Source of the DNA: Gemmatimonadota bacterium
GTDB lineage: Bacteria > JAAXHH01
Length of the DNA stretch: 64,000 nt
Direction of reading: 5' to 3'
NCBI GenBank assembly: GCA_026702745.1
Contig: JAPPBT010000018.1
Span: 32,259 to 96,258 of the forward strand
Shown here: one piece after another, positions 39,289 to 47,725 of the stretch
How positions within the stretch are numbered: the first letter of the stretch is position 1
How the letters are laid out: the number at the start of each line of letters is the position of its first letter
Position numbers and translations under genes: made by a program
The notes under the pieces: model-generated
The model's input: the letters and a program-made list of their open reading frames with translations, nothing else
Databases searched by the model: none
What the model was told of the DNA's origin: nothing

Positions 39289-40272
39289 ATGCCCACCCAC
39301 CCCACGCTGGCCGATATCCAAAAGGCACACCGTTTCCTCAACCAACACCTGTCTCCGACGCCCATGTACCGGTCCGCCGCGTTCAGCGAGGCCCTGGGGC
39401 TGGAACTCCACATAAAGTACGAGAATTTCCAGCCGATCCGCTCCTTCAAGGTGAGGGGCGGGTTGTACACCATGTCCCTGCTCGACGATGCGCAGCGCGC
39501 CAGGGGCGTCACCACGGCGTCCACCGGCAACCATGGCCAGGGCATTGCCTACGGCGGAGGCGTGATGGGCGTTCCCGTCACGGTGGTCGTGCCCCACGGA
39601 ACACCCGAGGTGAAGAGCGACGCCATCCGCCGCCTCGGCGCCGAGCTGGTCGTCCACGGGGAAACGATTGCCGACGGATTCGCGCGGTCCCGGGAGATCG
39701 CGGAAGAGACCGGCATGGTGTACATCGAAGACGGTGAGGACTTCGGCCTCATGGCGGGCGCGGGCACCATCGGCCTGGAGATCGTGGAGGATCTGCCGGA
39801 CGTGGACGCGGTGGTGCTGCCCGTGGGCGGCGGCAACCTGATCGCGGGTGTGGGCGCGGCCATCAAGGCCACCCAACCGGACGTTCGTCTCATCGGCGTC
39901 CAGGCGCACAACGCGCCGTCGGTTTACCGGTCCTGGCAGGAAGGCCGGACCGTGACCACGGCGACCTGCGACACCTTCGCCGGGGGACTGGCGACGACCT
40001 ATCCAGGCGGCCTGGCCTTCGACGTCCTGAAAGACCGGGTCGACGAAATGCATCTCGTCACCGAGGAAGAGATGAAGCAGGCGATCCCCGTCGTCCTGGA
40101 ACACACCGGGTTCATCGCGGAAGGTGCGGCCGCGGCGGTGTTCGCCCTGTGCATGCGCGAGGCGTCGTCGTGGCGGGGCCAGCGCGTCGCCGCGCTGTTC
40201 AGCGGCGGCAATCTCGGGATGGACGGCGTGCGCGATATGATCCGGAGCTTGAACGAACAGCGGCCTGCTTAG
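39289..40272 (+). CDS. Threonine/serine dehydratase (PLP-dependent, fold type II)
   Basis: PLP-lysine motif SFKVRG and glycine-rich loop VLPVGGGNLIAG. Confidence 0.8.
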   Translation: MPTHPTLADIQKAHRFLNQHLSPTPMYRSAAFSEALGLELHIKYENFQPIRSFKVRGGLYTMSLLDDAQRARGVTTASTGNHGQGIAYGGGVMGVPVTVVVPHGTPEVKSDAIRRLGAELVVHGETIADGFARSREIAEETGMVYIEDGEDFGLMAGAGTIGLEIVEDLPDVDAVVLPVGGGNLIAGVGAAIKATQPDVRLIGVQAHNAPSVYRSWQEGRTVTTATCDTFAGGLATTYPGGLAFDVLKDRVDEMHLVTEEEMKQAIPVVLEHTGFIAEGAAAAVFALCMREASSWRGQRVAALFSGGNLGMDGVRDMIRSLNEQRPA

Positions 40273-40341
40273 GTCCCCTATCCGAACGCAAAGCATCCAG
40301 CATGGCATCCAACTACCCGAATGAAGAGGAGTAAGAACGAT

Positions 40342-41976
40342 ATGAACGTTGCGCAGGCGGTTGCCCACGTATTGAAGCAGGAAGGCGTCGAGTACCTGTT
40401 CGCGTACCCGGTCAATCCACTGATCGAGACGGCGGCCGAGTTGGACATCCGCACGGTGATCGTCCGGCAGGAACGGATCGGTCTCCACATGGCCGATGCC
40501 ATGAGCCGGCTGACTTCCGGCCGCAAAATCGGGGTGTTCTGCATGCAGAGCGGGCCGGGGACGGAGAACGCCTACGGCGGCGTGGCACAGGCCTTCGGGG
40601 AATCGGTGCCCATCGTGGTGCTCCCCATGGGGTACCGGAGGACGGTCGCCCAGTTGTCGCCGAATTTCCACGCCTATCTCAACTTCCAGCACATCACCAA
40701 GTCCTGCGAGTACCTGGTGCTCCCCGAGACCGTATCGGAGGTCATGAGGCGGGCCTTCACGCAGGTGAGGAACGGGCGGCCCGGCCCGGCGCTGGTGGAG
40801 TTCCCGACTGACATTCTGGGCGAAGAGGTTCCCGGTCCCTTTGAATACCGGCCGACGCCGTCCGTGCGCGTCGGACCCGATCCGGACGCGGTGCGCGACG
40901 CCGCCGAGGCCCTGGTCGCGGCGGAAAGGCCGGTCATCTACGCTGGACAGGGGGTGCACTACGCGGAGGCCTGGTCCGAGCTGCAACAGTTGGCCGAACT
41001 GCTCGAGGCGCCGGTTACCACCAGCCTGGACGGCAAGAGCGCTTTCCCGGAGAACCACCCGCTCTCCCTGGGAAACGGGGGCCGGTCGATGCCGGAACCT
41101 GTGCACGTCTTCGTGCAGAACGCCGACGTGATCTTCGGCATCGGGTGCAGCTTCACCCGGACGAACTTCGGCCTGACCATGCCCGAGGGAAAGACCTACA
41201 TCCACGCCACACTGGATCCCGGCGACATCAACAAGGACGTTGCGTGCCACTATCCGATCGTGGGCGATGCCGCGCTCACCCTCCGGGCCCTCATCGACGA
41301 GGTTGCGGACCGGTTGAAGAACAAGCCGCGCGGCCGGTACGAAGGGATCGTGACCGAAATCCAGGCGATCAGGCAGCGCTGGATGAACGCCTGGACGCCG
41401 AAACTCAAAGATGCCTCCACGCCCTTCTCCCCCTACCGGGTCATCAGCGACATGATCGACACGGTCGACATCGACAGGACGATCATCACCCACGACGCGG
41501 GCAGTCCCCGGGACCAGTTGACCCCCTTCTGGCCCTCGACCACGCCCCTGAGCTACATCGGCTGGGGCAAGACCACCCAGCTCGGCTACGGGCTCGGGCT
41601 GGCCATGGGCGCGAAGCTGGTCCACCCGGACCGGCTCTGCATCAACGTGTGGGGCGACGCGGCCATCGGGTTCACGGGCATGGACTTCGAGACGGCCGTG
41701 CGTGAGCGCATCCCCATCCTCTCCGTGCTGTTCAACAACCACTCCATGGCCATCGAGATCCCCGTCATGCCCACGTCGCAGGCGAAGTACGGGGCGACCG
41801 ATATTTCGGGGAACTATGCCCTGATGGCGGAGGCCTTCGGCGGCTACGGCGAGCGGGTCGAGTCTCCCGACGAGATCATCCCGGCGCTGAAGCGGGGGAT
41901 CAGGAAAACGGAGGAAGGGGTGCCGGCCCTGCTGGAGTTCATGACCAGCAAGGAAATCGACTTCTCGTTCTTCTAA
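40342..41976 (+). CDS. Thiamine pyrophosphate-dependent enzyme (acetolactate synthase large-subunit-like)
   Basis: Start at second ATG after AGGAG SD. TPP-binding region GDAAIGFTGMDFETAVRERIPILSVLFNN (GDG-x24-NN-like) and N-terminal pyrimidine-binding domain. Confidence 0.8.
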   Translation: MNVAQAVAHVLKQEGVEYLFAYPVNPLIETAAELDIRTVIVRQERIGLHMADAMSRLTSGRKIGVFCMQSGPGTENAYGGVAQAFGESVPIVVLPMGYRRTVAQLSPNFHAYLNFQHITKSCEYLVLPETVSEVMRRAFTQVRNGRPGPALVEFPTDILGEEVPGPFEYRPTPSVRVGPDPDAVRDAAEALVAAERPVIYAGQGVHYAEAWSELQQLAELLEAPVTTSLDGKSAFPENHPLSLGNGGRSMPEPVHVFVQNADVIFGIGCSFTRTNFGLTMPEGKTYIHATLDPGDINKDVACHYPIVGDAALTLRALIDEVADRLKNKPRGRYEGIVTEIQAIRQRWMNAWTPKLKDASTPFSPYRVISDMIDTVDIDRTIITHDAGSPRDQLTPFWPSTTPLSYIGWGKTTQLGYGLGLAMGAKLVHPDRLCINVWGDAAIGFTGMDFETAVRERIPILSVLFNNHSMAIEIPVMPTSQAKYGATDISGNYALMAEAFGGYGERVESPDEIIPALKRGIRKTEEGVPALLEFMTSKEIDFSFF

Positions 41977-42028
41977 TTGCTGGGGGCACCGTGTACGGGA
42001 GCGCGCCGACGTGGCTGCCAGCGCCGTG

Positions 42029-43099
42029 TCAAGGCGCGCCGCGCACCGTGCGCCACGCACCGCGCGCCGCACACCGCGCGCCGCGCTTTCTACCGGTCGA
42101 AACGATCCGCCAGGAACGGAGCCATGGAAGCGGGCACCGCGCCGGGCCGAGAATGGGTTTACCGTCCTTTGCCATGGGACGCAGTCCCGCCCAGGTTTCC
42201 ACGACCGGTGCTTCCGCCAGTACGGGCGCCATGCGCAGCCCCTCCTTGATCACATCGGACACACCACCCGCGGTCACGCTGGCGTCGAACCCGGTCTTCT
42301 CCACCGTGGCGCCTATTAACACGCGGCCGTCCCTGCGGGGAACAAGGTACTGTTCCATGCCGTAGACGACGCGGCCCAGGGGTGGGATGGCACTTCCGTC
42401 GACGCAGACCATCTGGCCCCGCACGGGCTGGACCGGCGGCGGTGAGTCCTGGATCCACTTCAGCAGGCCGGACCAGGCGCCGGCCGCGACCACCACGCGT
42501 TTGGCTCCGATGCGTTCGCCGGGGACGACGACGCCGGCCGCCCGGTTCCTCCGTACGATCAGGTCGACGACCGGGTTCCCGATTCGGAATACCCCTCCAC
42601 GGGCCCTGACGGCGGCGACCAGGGCCTGGACCAGCCGCCGGTTCTCCACCTGGTGCATCCTTTCGAAGCGCAGGCCGCACCGTGTATCGGGCGACAGCAT
42701 GGGCTCGAGCGCGCGTACCTCTTCGCCGGTGAGTTGCTCGACCGGAAGACCCAGATCCTGCTGATGACGGTATCTCCGGTCCAGCTCTTCAGATTCCTCG
42801 TCGTCGAAGGCGACCTGCAGCCCTGCTTCGGTCCGGTACTCGACGTTTATGCCGGTTTCCTCGAGCAGTACGGCGGACCAGTCGGCGTACATATCCAGGC
42901 CCGCCAGGCACAGGTCGAGATAGGCCCGGTTAACCGGACGGGCGCCCTGCGGCGCAAGTACACCGGCGGCGGCCCAGGAAGCTTCCTTGCCCGGATCGCC
43001 CGGATCTACGAGAGTTACGCTCGTCCCGCGGCACAGCAGTTCGTAGGCGATGGATAGTCCGATCACGCCTGCGCCTACGATGACAACGTCCGTTTTCAT
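42029..43099 (-). CDS. FAD-dependent oxidoreductase (glycine oxidase ThiO / D-amino-acid oxidase family)
   Basis: N-terminal dinucleotide fold VVIVGAGVIGLSIAYEL; GLRPMAKDGKPILG near the C-terminus resembles ThiO; last ~30 aa are an Arg/Ala-rich tail encoded by a GC-rich repetitive stretch. Confidence 0.7.
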   Translation of the reverse strand: MKTDVVIVGAGVIGLSIAYELLCRGTSVTLVDPGDPGKEASWAAAGVLAPQGARPVNRAYLDLCLAGLDMYADWSAVLLEETGINVEYRTEAGLQVAFDDEESEELDRRYRHQQDLGLPVEQLTGEEVRALEPMLSPDTRCGLRFERMHQVENRRLVQALVAAVRARGGVFRIGNPVVDLIVRRNRAAGVVVPGERIGAKRVVVAAGAWSGLLKWIQDSPPPVQPVRGQMVCVDGSAIPPLGRVVYGMEQYLVPRRDGRVLIGATVEKTGFDASVTAGGVSDVIKEGLRMAPVLAEAPVVETWAGLRPMAKDGKPILGPARCPLPWLRSWRIVSTGRKRGARCAARGAWRTVRGAP

Positions 43100-43136
43100 G
43101 TTACAGGGCCCGGCAGGTATCCCAAATCAAAACCAT

Positions 43137-43162
43137 ATGTTGATTTTTGTTTCGATCAACAT
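43137..43162. promoter_or_regulatory. Perfect 8-bp inverted repeat ATGTTGAT-N10-ATCAACAT in an AT-rich block upstream of the ThiO-like gene (putative operator)
   Basis: Seen directly in sequence; the adjacent TTGACA hexamer suggests promoter overlap. Confidence 0.35.
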
Positions 43163-43195
43163 TGACAATATATTAAAACTGCTTACAAACAATAT

Positions 43196-43229
43196 AGCCC
43201 GGCTAGCCCGGCTAGCCCGGCTAGCCCGG
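43196..43229. repeat. Microsatellite (GCCCGGCTA)x3.8
   Basis: Perfect 9-mer tandem copies in the intergenic region. Confidence 0.85.
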
Positions 43230-43279
43230 CAAGGTTGTGCATCGCGCAGTCAGAAGGACCGGCCGGACACCCTGCGCCG

Positions 43280-44353
43280 CTATCCAATTTCGCTCGGATC
43301 CACAGCCCGGTGTTCCGCCATGGACCGGTAGCCGGCATTGACCAGCTGAAGCGTCTTGAGGTTGTCCCGCCCGTTAGTCTCGGGAAGCCGGTCCTGTTCG
43401 ATGGAGGACATCAGTTCGCCCATGGGACCGATGAAGGAGTCGGGTATCCACCGCTCTTCGAACCGGTTATTGATGGTCCTGCCGGCATCGAGCTTCCGGC
43501 TGCACCATGCTATTGTGTCCGGCCGGCCGTGTGGATAGTCGTACAGCAGGCCGAAAGTCCCCGCGGCGTATCCTTCCGTCCCGTCAATGCGCAGCGTCGC
43601 AAAGCACTCCTCCGTCCAGTTGTTGTGGTTGACGGACACCAGGGCCTGGAAGGTGTCCGAGTACTCAAACACCGTGATGGTCCGTGTTTCGCCGGTCGCC
43701 ACATGCCCGGGATAGGAGGCGCCGGACGACCAGACGCGCACGGGGTCTCCGAAAAGGGAACGCATGCTGTCGAAGTAATGAATACTGTGGAACATCAGGT
43801 CGAGTCCCTCGGCCTCGAGGACCCAGGGCCAGGCCCGCCATTCGGTCAGGATGCTCACGTCGATCACGGCCGAAGCGGGTTCACCCAGCAACCCGCGGTT
43901 CAGCAGCGTACGGGACGCCCTCACCGCCTGGTCCCACCGCATCTGCTGGTTCACGGCCAGCTTTACGCCGCGTTCCTCCGCCATCTCCACGATCTCAACG
44001 GCTTCGGTGTATACGTTTGAAAGTGGTTTCTGGCAGAGCAGGTGCTTGCCGGCCGCCGTCGCCTTCCGGACGAGTTCCTTCTGGTGCCAGGGCGGAACGG
44101 CGATGTCCACGATCTCGACAGCGGGGTCGTCGAGCAGCGAATCCACGGTAGGAAATACCTTAGGCACCTCGAAAACCCGGGCAGTCTGGTTGGCCTTGTC
44201 GACATCCTTGTCCGTCAACCCGATCACGTTGAAACCCGCCTTCCGGTAGGCGGGGAGGTGCGCGGCGTTTACGATCCCGCCCGCCCCGATGATGCCGATT
44301 CCATAGTCCAGTTTCGTGCCCAGTACGGGGCGGTATTCCAGATCCATGTTCAT
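43280..44353 (-). CDS. Gfo/Idh/MocA-family NAD(P)-dependent oxidoreductase
   Basis: N-terminal Rossmann GIGIIGAGGIVNAAHLPAY and EKP-like motif LLCQKP; SD AAGGAGGT before the start. Confidence 0.85.
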   Translation of the reverse strand: MNMDLEYRPVLGTKLDYGIGIIGAGGIVNAAHLPAYRKAGFNVIGLTDKDVDKANQTARVFEVPKVFPTVDSLLDDPAVEIVDIAVPPWHQKELVRKATAAGKHLLCQKPLSNVYTEAVEIVEMAEERGVKLAVNQQMRWDQAVRASRTLLNRGLLGEPASAVIDVSILTEWRAWPWVLEAEGLDLMFHSIHYFDSMRSLFGDPVRVWSSGASYPGHVATGETRTITVFEYSDTFQALVSVNHNNWTEECFATLRIDGTEGYAAGTFGLLYDYPHGRPDTIAWCSRKLDAGRTINNRFEERWIPDSFIGPMGELMSSIEQDRLPETNGRDNLKTLQLVNAGYRSMAEHRAVDPSEIG

Positions 44354-44471
44354 CTCACATACCTCCTTGCTTCGGGTTCATCGGAAACGCAGTCATTATA
44401 CCGCCGCGCGGGCGGGCCGGACAGGAAAAACGCTTCGAATCATCTGGCCCTGAAGCGCCGTCAGGTATATC

Positions 44472-47099
44472 ATGCTCAACCACGGATACCTGAAATATCA
44501 CGGATTCGAAACGCGACTTAATGCCTGTACGTCTCGACGTCTTTTCACGACTGCAGGTCTATTCACCACTGCGGGTCTTCTCATGAGCCCGGGCAACCAC
44601 TTCATAACAAGCGTACTGCGCCACAAGCCTTATCTGGCGGCGACCGCGGTTCTTACGGCAGCCGCGGCGGCGATGACGCAGATGCCCCTGGTGGATGACC
44701 TCGGTTTCGAGTTCGCCTTCTTCACCGCCGCCATCGCCACCTTCGCCACGGGCGTGATGACCGTTCATCTCGTGAGCGGCTGGCGAAGGGGCAGTTTGCG
44801 AGGGGACGGCCAGCGAGGGGATGATCGGCGAGGGGACAAACCGCGCAACACCCGCCATTCGGCGCTGCTCGCCCTGCTATTCGGGCTTTGCCTCTCGACA
44901 CTCCTGCTGCCGATGGCTGTGATGTTCGTCAAGAGTTGGATCAGCGGGTTCTGCAACGTACCCGAGGGTTTAGCGTTCTACTTGCTGCTTCCCGGCATCA
45001 GCGTCCTGTGGGCCACCGCCGTCGCGTTGATCTGCACGCTGGCCACGGAGCGAAGACGGCACGCCACGCTCCTTTTTCTCGGCGTCATGTTCGTTTCCCT
45101 CGGCATCAGCTTGTTTCGCCTGGCCACCGAGCCGCCTGTTTTCGCCTACAACCCGATCATCGGGTATTTCCCCGGACCGATTTACGATGAAGTGGTGGTC
45201 ATCACCTCGACGCTGCTTGCGGCGCGAGCGATCGTGCTCGTCAGCGTCCTTGCGATGGTCACCGGCCTGTGCGTCTGTTTCGATCCGTCGGCCCGTAAGA
45301 TCCAACTCTCGCTGCTATGGAAGATCCGAGGCGGAAGTCCGGACGGTGGTCTGGACGGCGTGAGCGCTGAGAGCGGCGGGAGCGCTGAGAGCGGCGGGAG
45401 CGCTGCGAACGGCGGGAGCGCTGCGAACGGCGGAAGCCCTGCGAACGCCGGGGGCGCCGTCAGTGCCGCGACCGGCATGACCATGCGGGTGCTGTTCCTG
45501 GTTTCGGTGGCTGTGCTGGCGGTGGCCTACGTCTACCGGGCGCCCCTGGGCATCGTGATCGATCGGGCGCATATCCAGCAGACCCTGGGGGGCCACCGGC
45601 AGACGACCCACTTCGACATCTACTACGATTCAAACACCATAACGGCCTGGAACATGGACCTGATTGCCCGGGAACACGAATACCAGCTCGACCGGGTCAT
45701 CACCTACCTGGATGTACCGGCCCCTCAGGCACGCATCGCTTCATACATCTACGGCAACGCGGACCAGAAGAAACGGCTCATGGGCGCCCGGTATACGTCC
45801 ATCGAACGCCCCGGGGCGGATGAGATGCACCTCAACAACGCGTCCTTTCCCCATCCCGTCCTGAAACATGAGCTGGTGCACGTCATGTCCGCCGCTTTCG
45901 GGAACGCGCTGTTCGGAGGCAGCTACTGGATCGGTTTCCACGAGGGTCTGGCCGAGGCGGTGGACTGGCAGGACGACCCCATGAATCCCCACGAGTGGAG
46001 CCGGGCCATGCGCGAACTCGGCCTTGCCCCTCCCGTGGAGAACCTGCTGAGCATGACGGGATTCTGGACGGCCGCATCGTCGCGCAGCTACACGTTGTGC
46101 GGATCTTTCGTCCGGTTCCTGATCGATCGCTATGGCTTGCCCGCGTTCAAGCAGGCCTTCCCCGACGGCGCGGTCGAGACGTCCTACGGCCGGACGACGG
46201 CGGAGCTCATCGCCGAGTGGGAGACCTTCGTGGACGGCATCACGCTTCGAGAGGACCAGCTCCGAATCGCCCGCCAGCGGTTCATTCGTCCCGCCATCTT
46301 CCGACGGCACTGTCCTCACGAAGTGGCCGCGCTGAACGACCGGGCATGGCAGGCCTACAATGCACAACGCTACTGGGACGCCGTACGTGATTTCGACCGC
46401 GCGCTCGAACTGGAACCCGAGAACCCATCGGCCCTTAGGGGTTTGCTGTACGGGATCTACCGGCAGGGGAACTACGAAAGGATCGAGACGGTCGCCCAGC
46501 GAATCGAACGACCGGACCAGACCGTCGGGTTGCTGGCGGACGCCCAACTGGTCCGTGGAGATACGGCGTGGAAGACCGGGAGGATCGACGATGCCAGGCG
46601 CAGTTACAAAGCAGTCGTGGACCTGCAGGCGTCGGAAGCCATGTCGCGCGCCGCGTCCATCCGGTTGGAGGTGCTCGACCGGGAGTCGATCCGGGATACG
46701 ATCATGACCTACCTGACCGCCGTGACCGGCCACTGGCGCCTGGTCCTGTCCGTCCGGGACTCGGGTGATCTCGCGCCTGATTACGGGACGGGCCACTACC
46801 TCCTGGGCCGCTGGCTGTTCCGCTCAGGTTCCTATGAACAGGCGCTCGAGTACCTGTCGAAAGCGGAGACGATCGGACTTCCGGACGAGGTCGTACGGCA
46901 GGAATGTCTGCGCCTGGAAGCCATGTCACAATTCTACCTGGAGCGCTACGATCAGTCGGCCGAAGCCTTTGGGCGCATGGCGGCGCTAGTGGGTTCGGGA
47001 AGTGTGGCCAGGACGGCGGAAGCCTGGATAGACCGCTGTCAGTGGTATCAGAATAACGGATCAGACGGGCCGGACCGCCAGGCACGTTGGGCGCGTTAG
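44472..47099 (+). CDS. Polytopic membrane protein with HExxH zinc-metallopeptidase-like motif and C-terminal TPR repeats
   Basis: ~330-aa multi-TM N-terminus; HELVHVMS (HExxH); TPR-like C-terminus. Internal in-frame coding repeat SAESGGSAESGGSAANGGSAANGGSPANAGG from 18-nt DNA repeats (~45355-45440). Start uncertain. Confidence 0.6.
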   Translation: MLNHGYLKYHGFETRLNACTSRRLFTTAGLFTTAGLLMSPGNHFITSVLRHKPYLAATAVLTAAAAAMTQMPLVDDLGFEFAFFTAAIATFATGVMTVHLVSGWRRGSLRGDGQRGDDRRGDKPRNTRHSALLALLFGLCLSTLLLPMAVMFVKSWISGFCNVPEGLAFYLLLPGISVLWATAVALICTLATERRRHATLLFLGVMFVSLGISLFRLATEPPVFAYNPIIGYFPGPIYDEVVVITSTLLAARAIVLVSVLAMVTGLCVCFDPSARKIQLSLLWKIRGGSPDGGLDGVSAESGGSAESGGSAANGGSAANGGSPANAGGAVSAATGMTMRVLFLVSVAVLAVAYVYRAPLGIVIDRAHIQQTLGGHRQTTHFDIYYDSNTITAWNMDLIAREHEYQLDRVITYLDVPAPQARIASYIYGNADQKKRLMGARYTSIERPGADEMHLNNASFPHPVLKHELVHVMSAAFGNALFGGSYWIGFHEGLAEAVDWQDDPMNPHEWSRAMRELGLAPPVENLLSMTGFWTAASSRSYTLCGSFVRFLIDRYGLPAFKQAFPDGAVETSYGRTTAELIAEWETFVDGITLREDQLRIARQRFIRPAIFRRHCPHEVAALNDRAWQAYNAQRYWDAVRDFDRALELEPENPSALRGLLYGIYRQGNYERIETVAQRIERPDQTVGLLADAQLVRGDTAWKTGRIDDARRSYKAVVDLQASEAMSRAASIRLEVLDRESIRDTIMTYLTAVTGHWRLVLSVRDSGDLAPDYGTGHYLLGRWLFRSGSYEQALEYLSKAETIGLPDEVVRQECLRLEAMSQFYLERYDQSAEAFGRMAALVGSGSVARTAEAWIDRCQWYQNNGSDGPDRQARWAR

Positions 47100-47184
47100 G
47101 TCCAAACCAACAGGTACGCTGGGCACGGCAGGTTTCGTGCTCACTGCCAGGCACGCAGGGCGCGTTAGGTCCCGGCGTCGACGA

Positions 47185-47721
47185 CTACCACCCCGATATG
47201 GACTGGTTCAGGATCTCGTCGGCCATTTTCTCGATGGCGGTCTCAAGGGCCGGCTCGCGGTCGGAGTCCGTACCGGTATCGATGGCGTAGTCGCCGAAGG
47301 TACGCAGCTGCCTTTCCTCCCAGATCACTTCCTTCTTGTCCACGGTTTCAAAACGGACGTCCACGACGATCCAGAGGCGGACTTCCCGGGCCAGCGTTCC
47401 CGCGGAGAACGCCACGGACTCCTCCTGCAAATCGGTGATTACGCCGATGATCGCCGCGTCCGCCTGCCGCAGATCCACGATCCTGAATTCGCCGTTGGTG
47501 AGAAACCGTTCGATCACGGTGTCCGTCAGCGATTCCTGAATGCCGGTCTCCACCGTGGTGTTGTCAAACAGCGGTATGACGATGTTGCGTATGTCTCCGG
47601 CGCGCGATCCCTGCGAAGTGGAGTAGTAGCACGCCATTACCACCATGCAGGCGGAAAACAACGGGATCAGGAAGACGGCGGGACTTCGGCGGGGTTTCGG
47701 ATTCATCATGTCCTTCTCCAC
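47185..47721 (-). CDS. Lipoprotein, LptE-like (LPS-assembly lipoprotein) candidate
   Basis: Lipobox LFSAC after a hydrophobic N-terminus; size and pattern fit LptE, but the assignment is tentative. Confidence 0.45.
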   Translation of the reverse strand: MEKDMMNPKPRRSPAVFLIPLFSACMVVMACYYSTSQGSRAGDIRNIVIPLFDNTTVETGIQESLTDTVIERFLTNGEFRIVDLRQADAAIIGVITDLQEESVAFSAGTLAREVRLWIVVDVRFETVDKKEVIWEERQLRTFGDYAIDTGTDSDREPALETAIEKMADEILNQSISGW

Positions 47722-47725
47722 TCAT

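Noticed and set aside
43100-43279. TPP riboswitch upstream of the ThiO-like gene (segment UGAUUUGGGAUACCUGCCGG resembles the TPP aptamer 3' half)
   Set aside because: The obligatory CUGAGA/J3-2 core and the P2/P3 stems are absent; the resemblance is limited to about 20 nt.
44354-44471. tRNA-like T-loop motif (TTCGAATC) in an intergenic region
   Set aside because: No flanking T-stem complementarity, and no acceptor or anticodon arms could be built; isolated motif.
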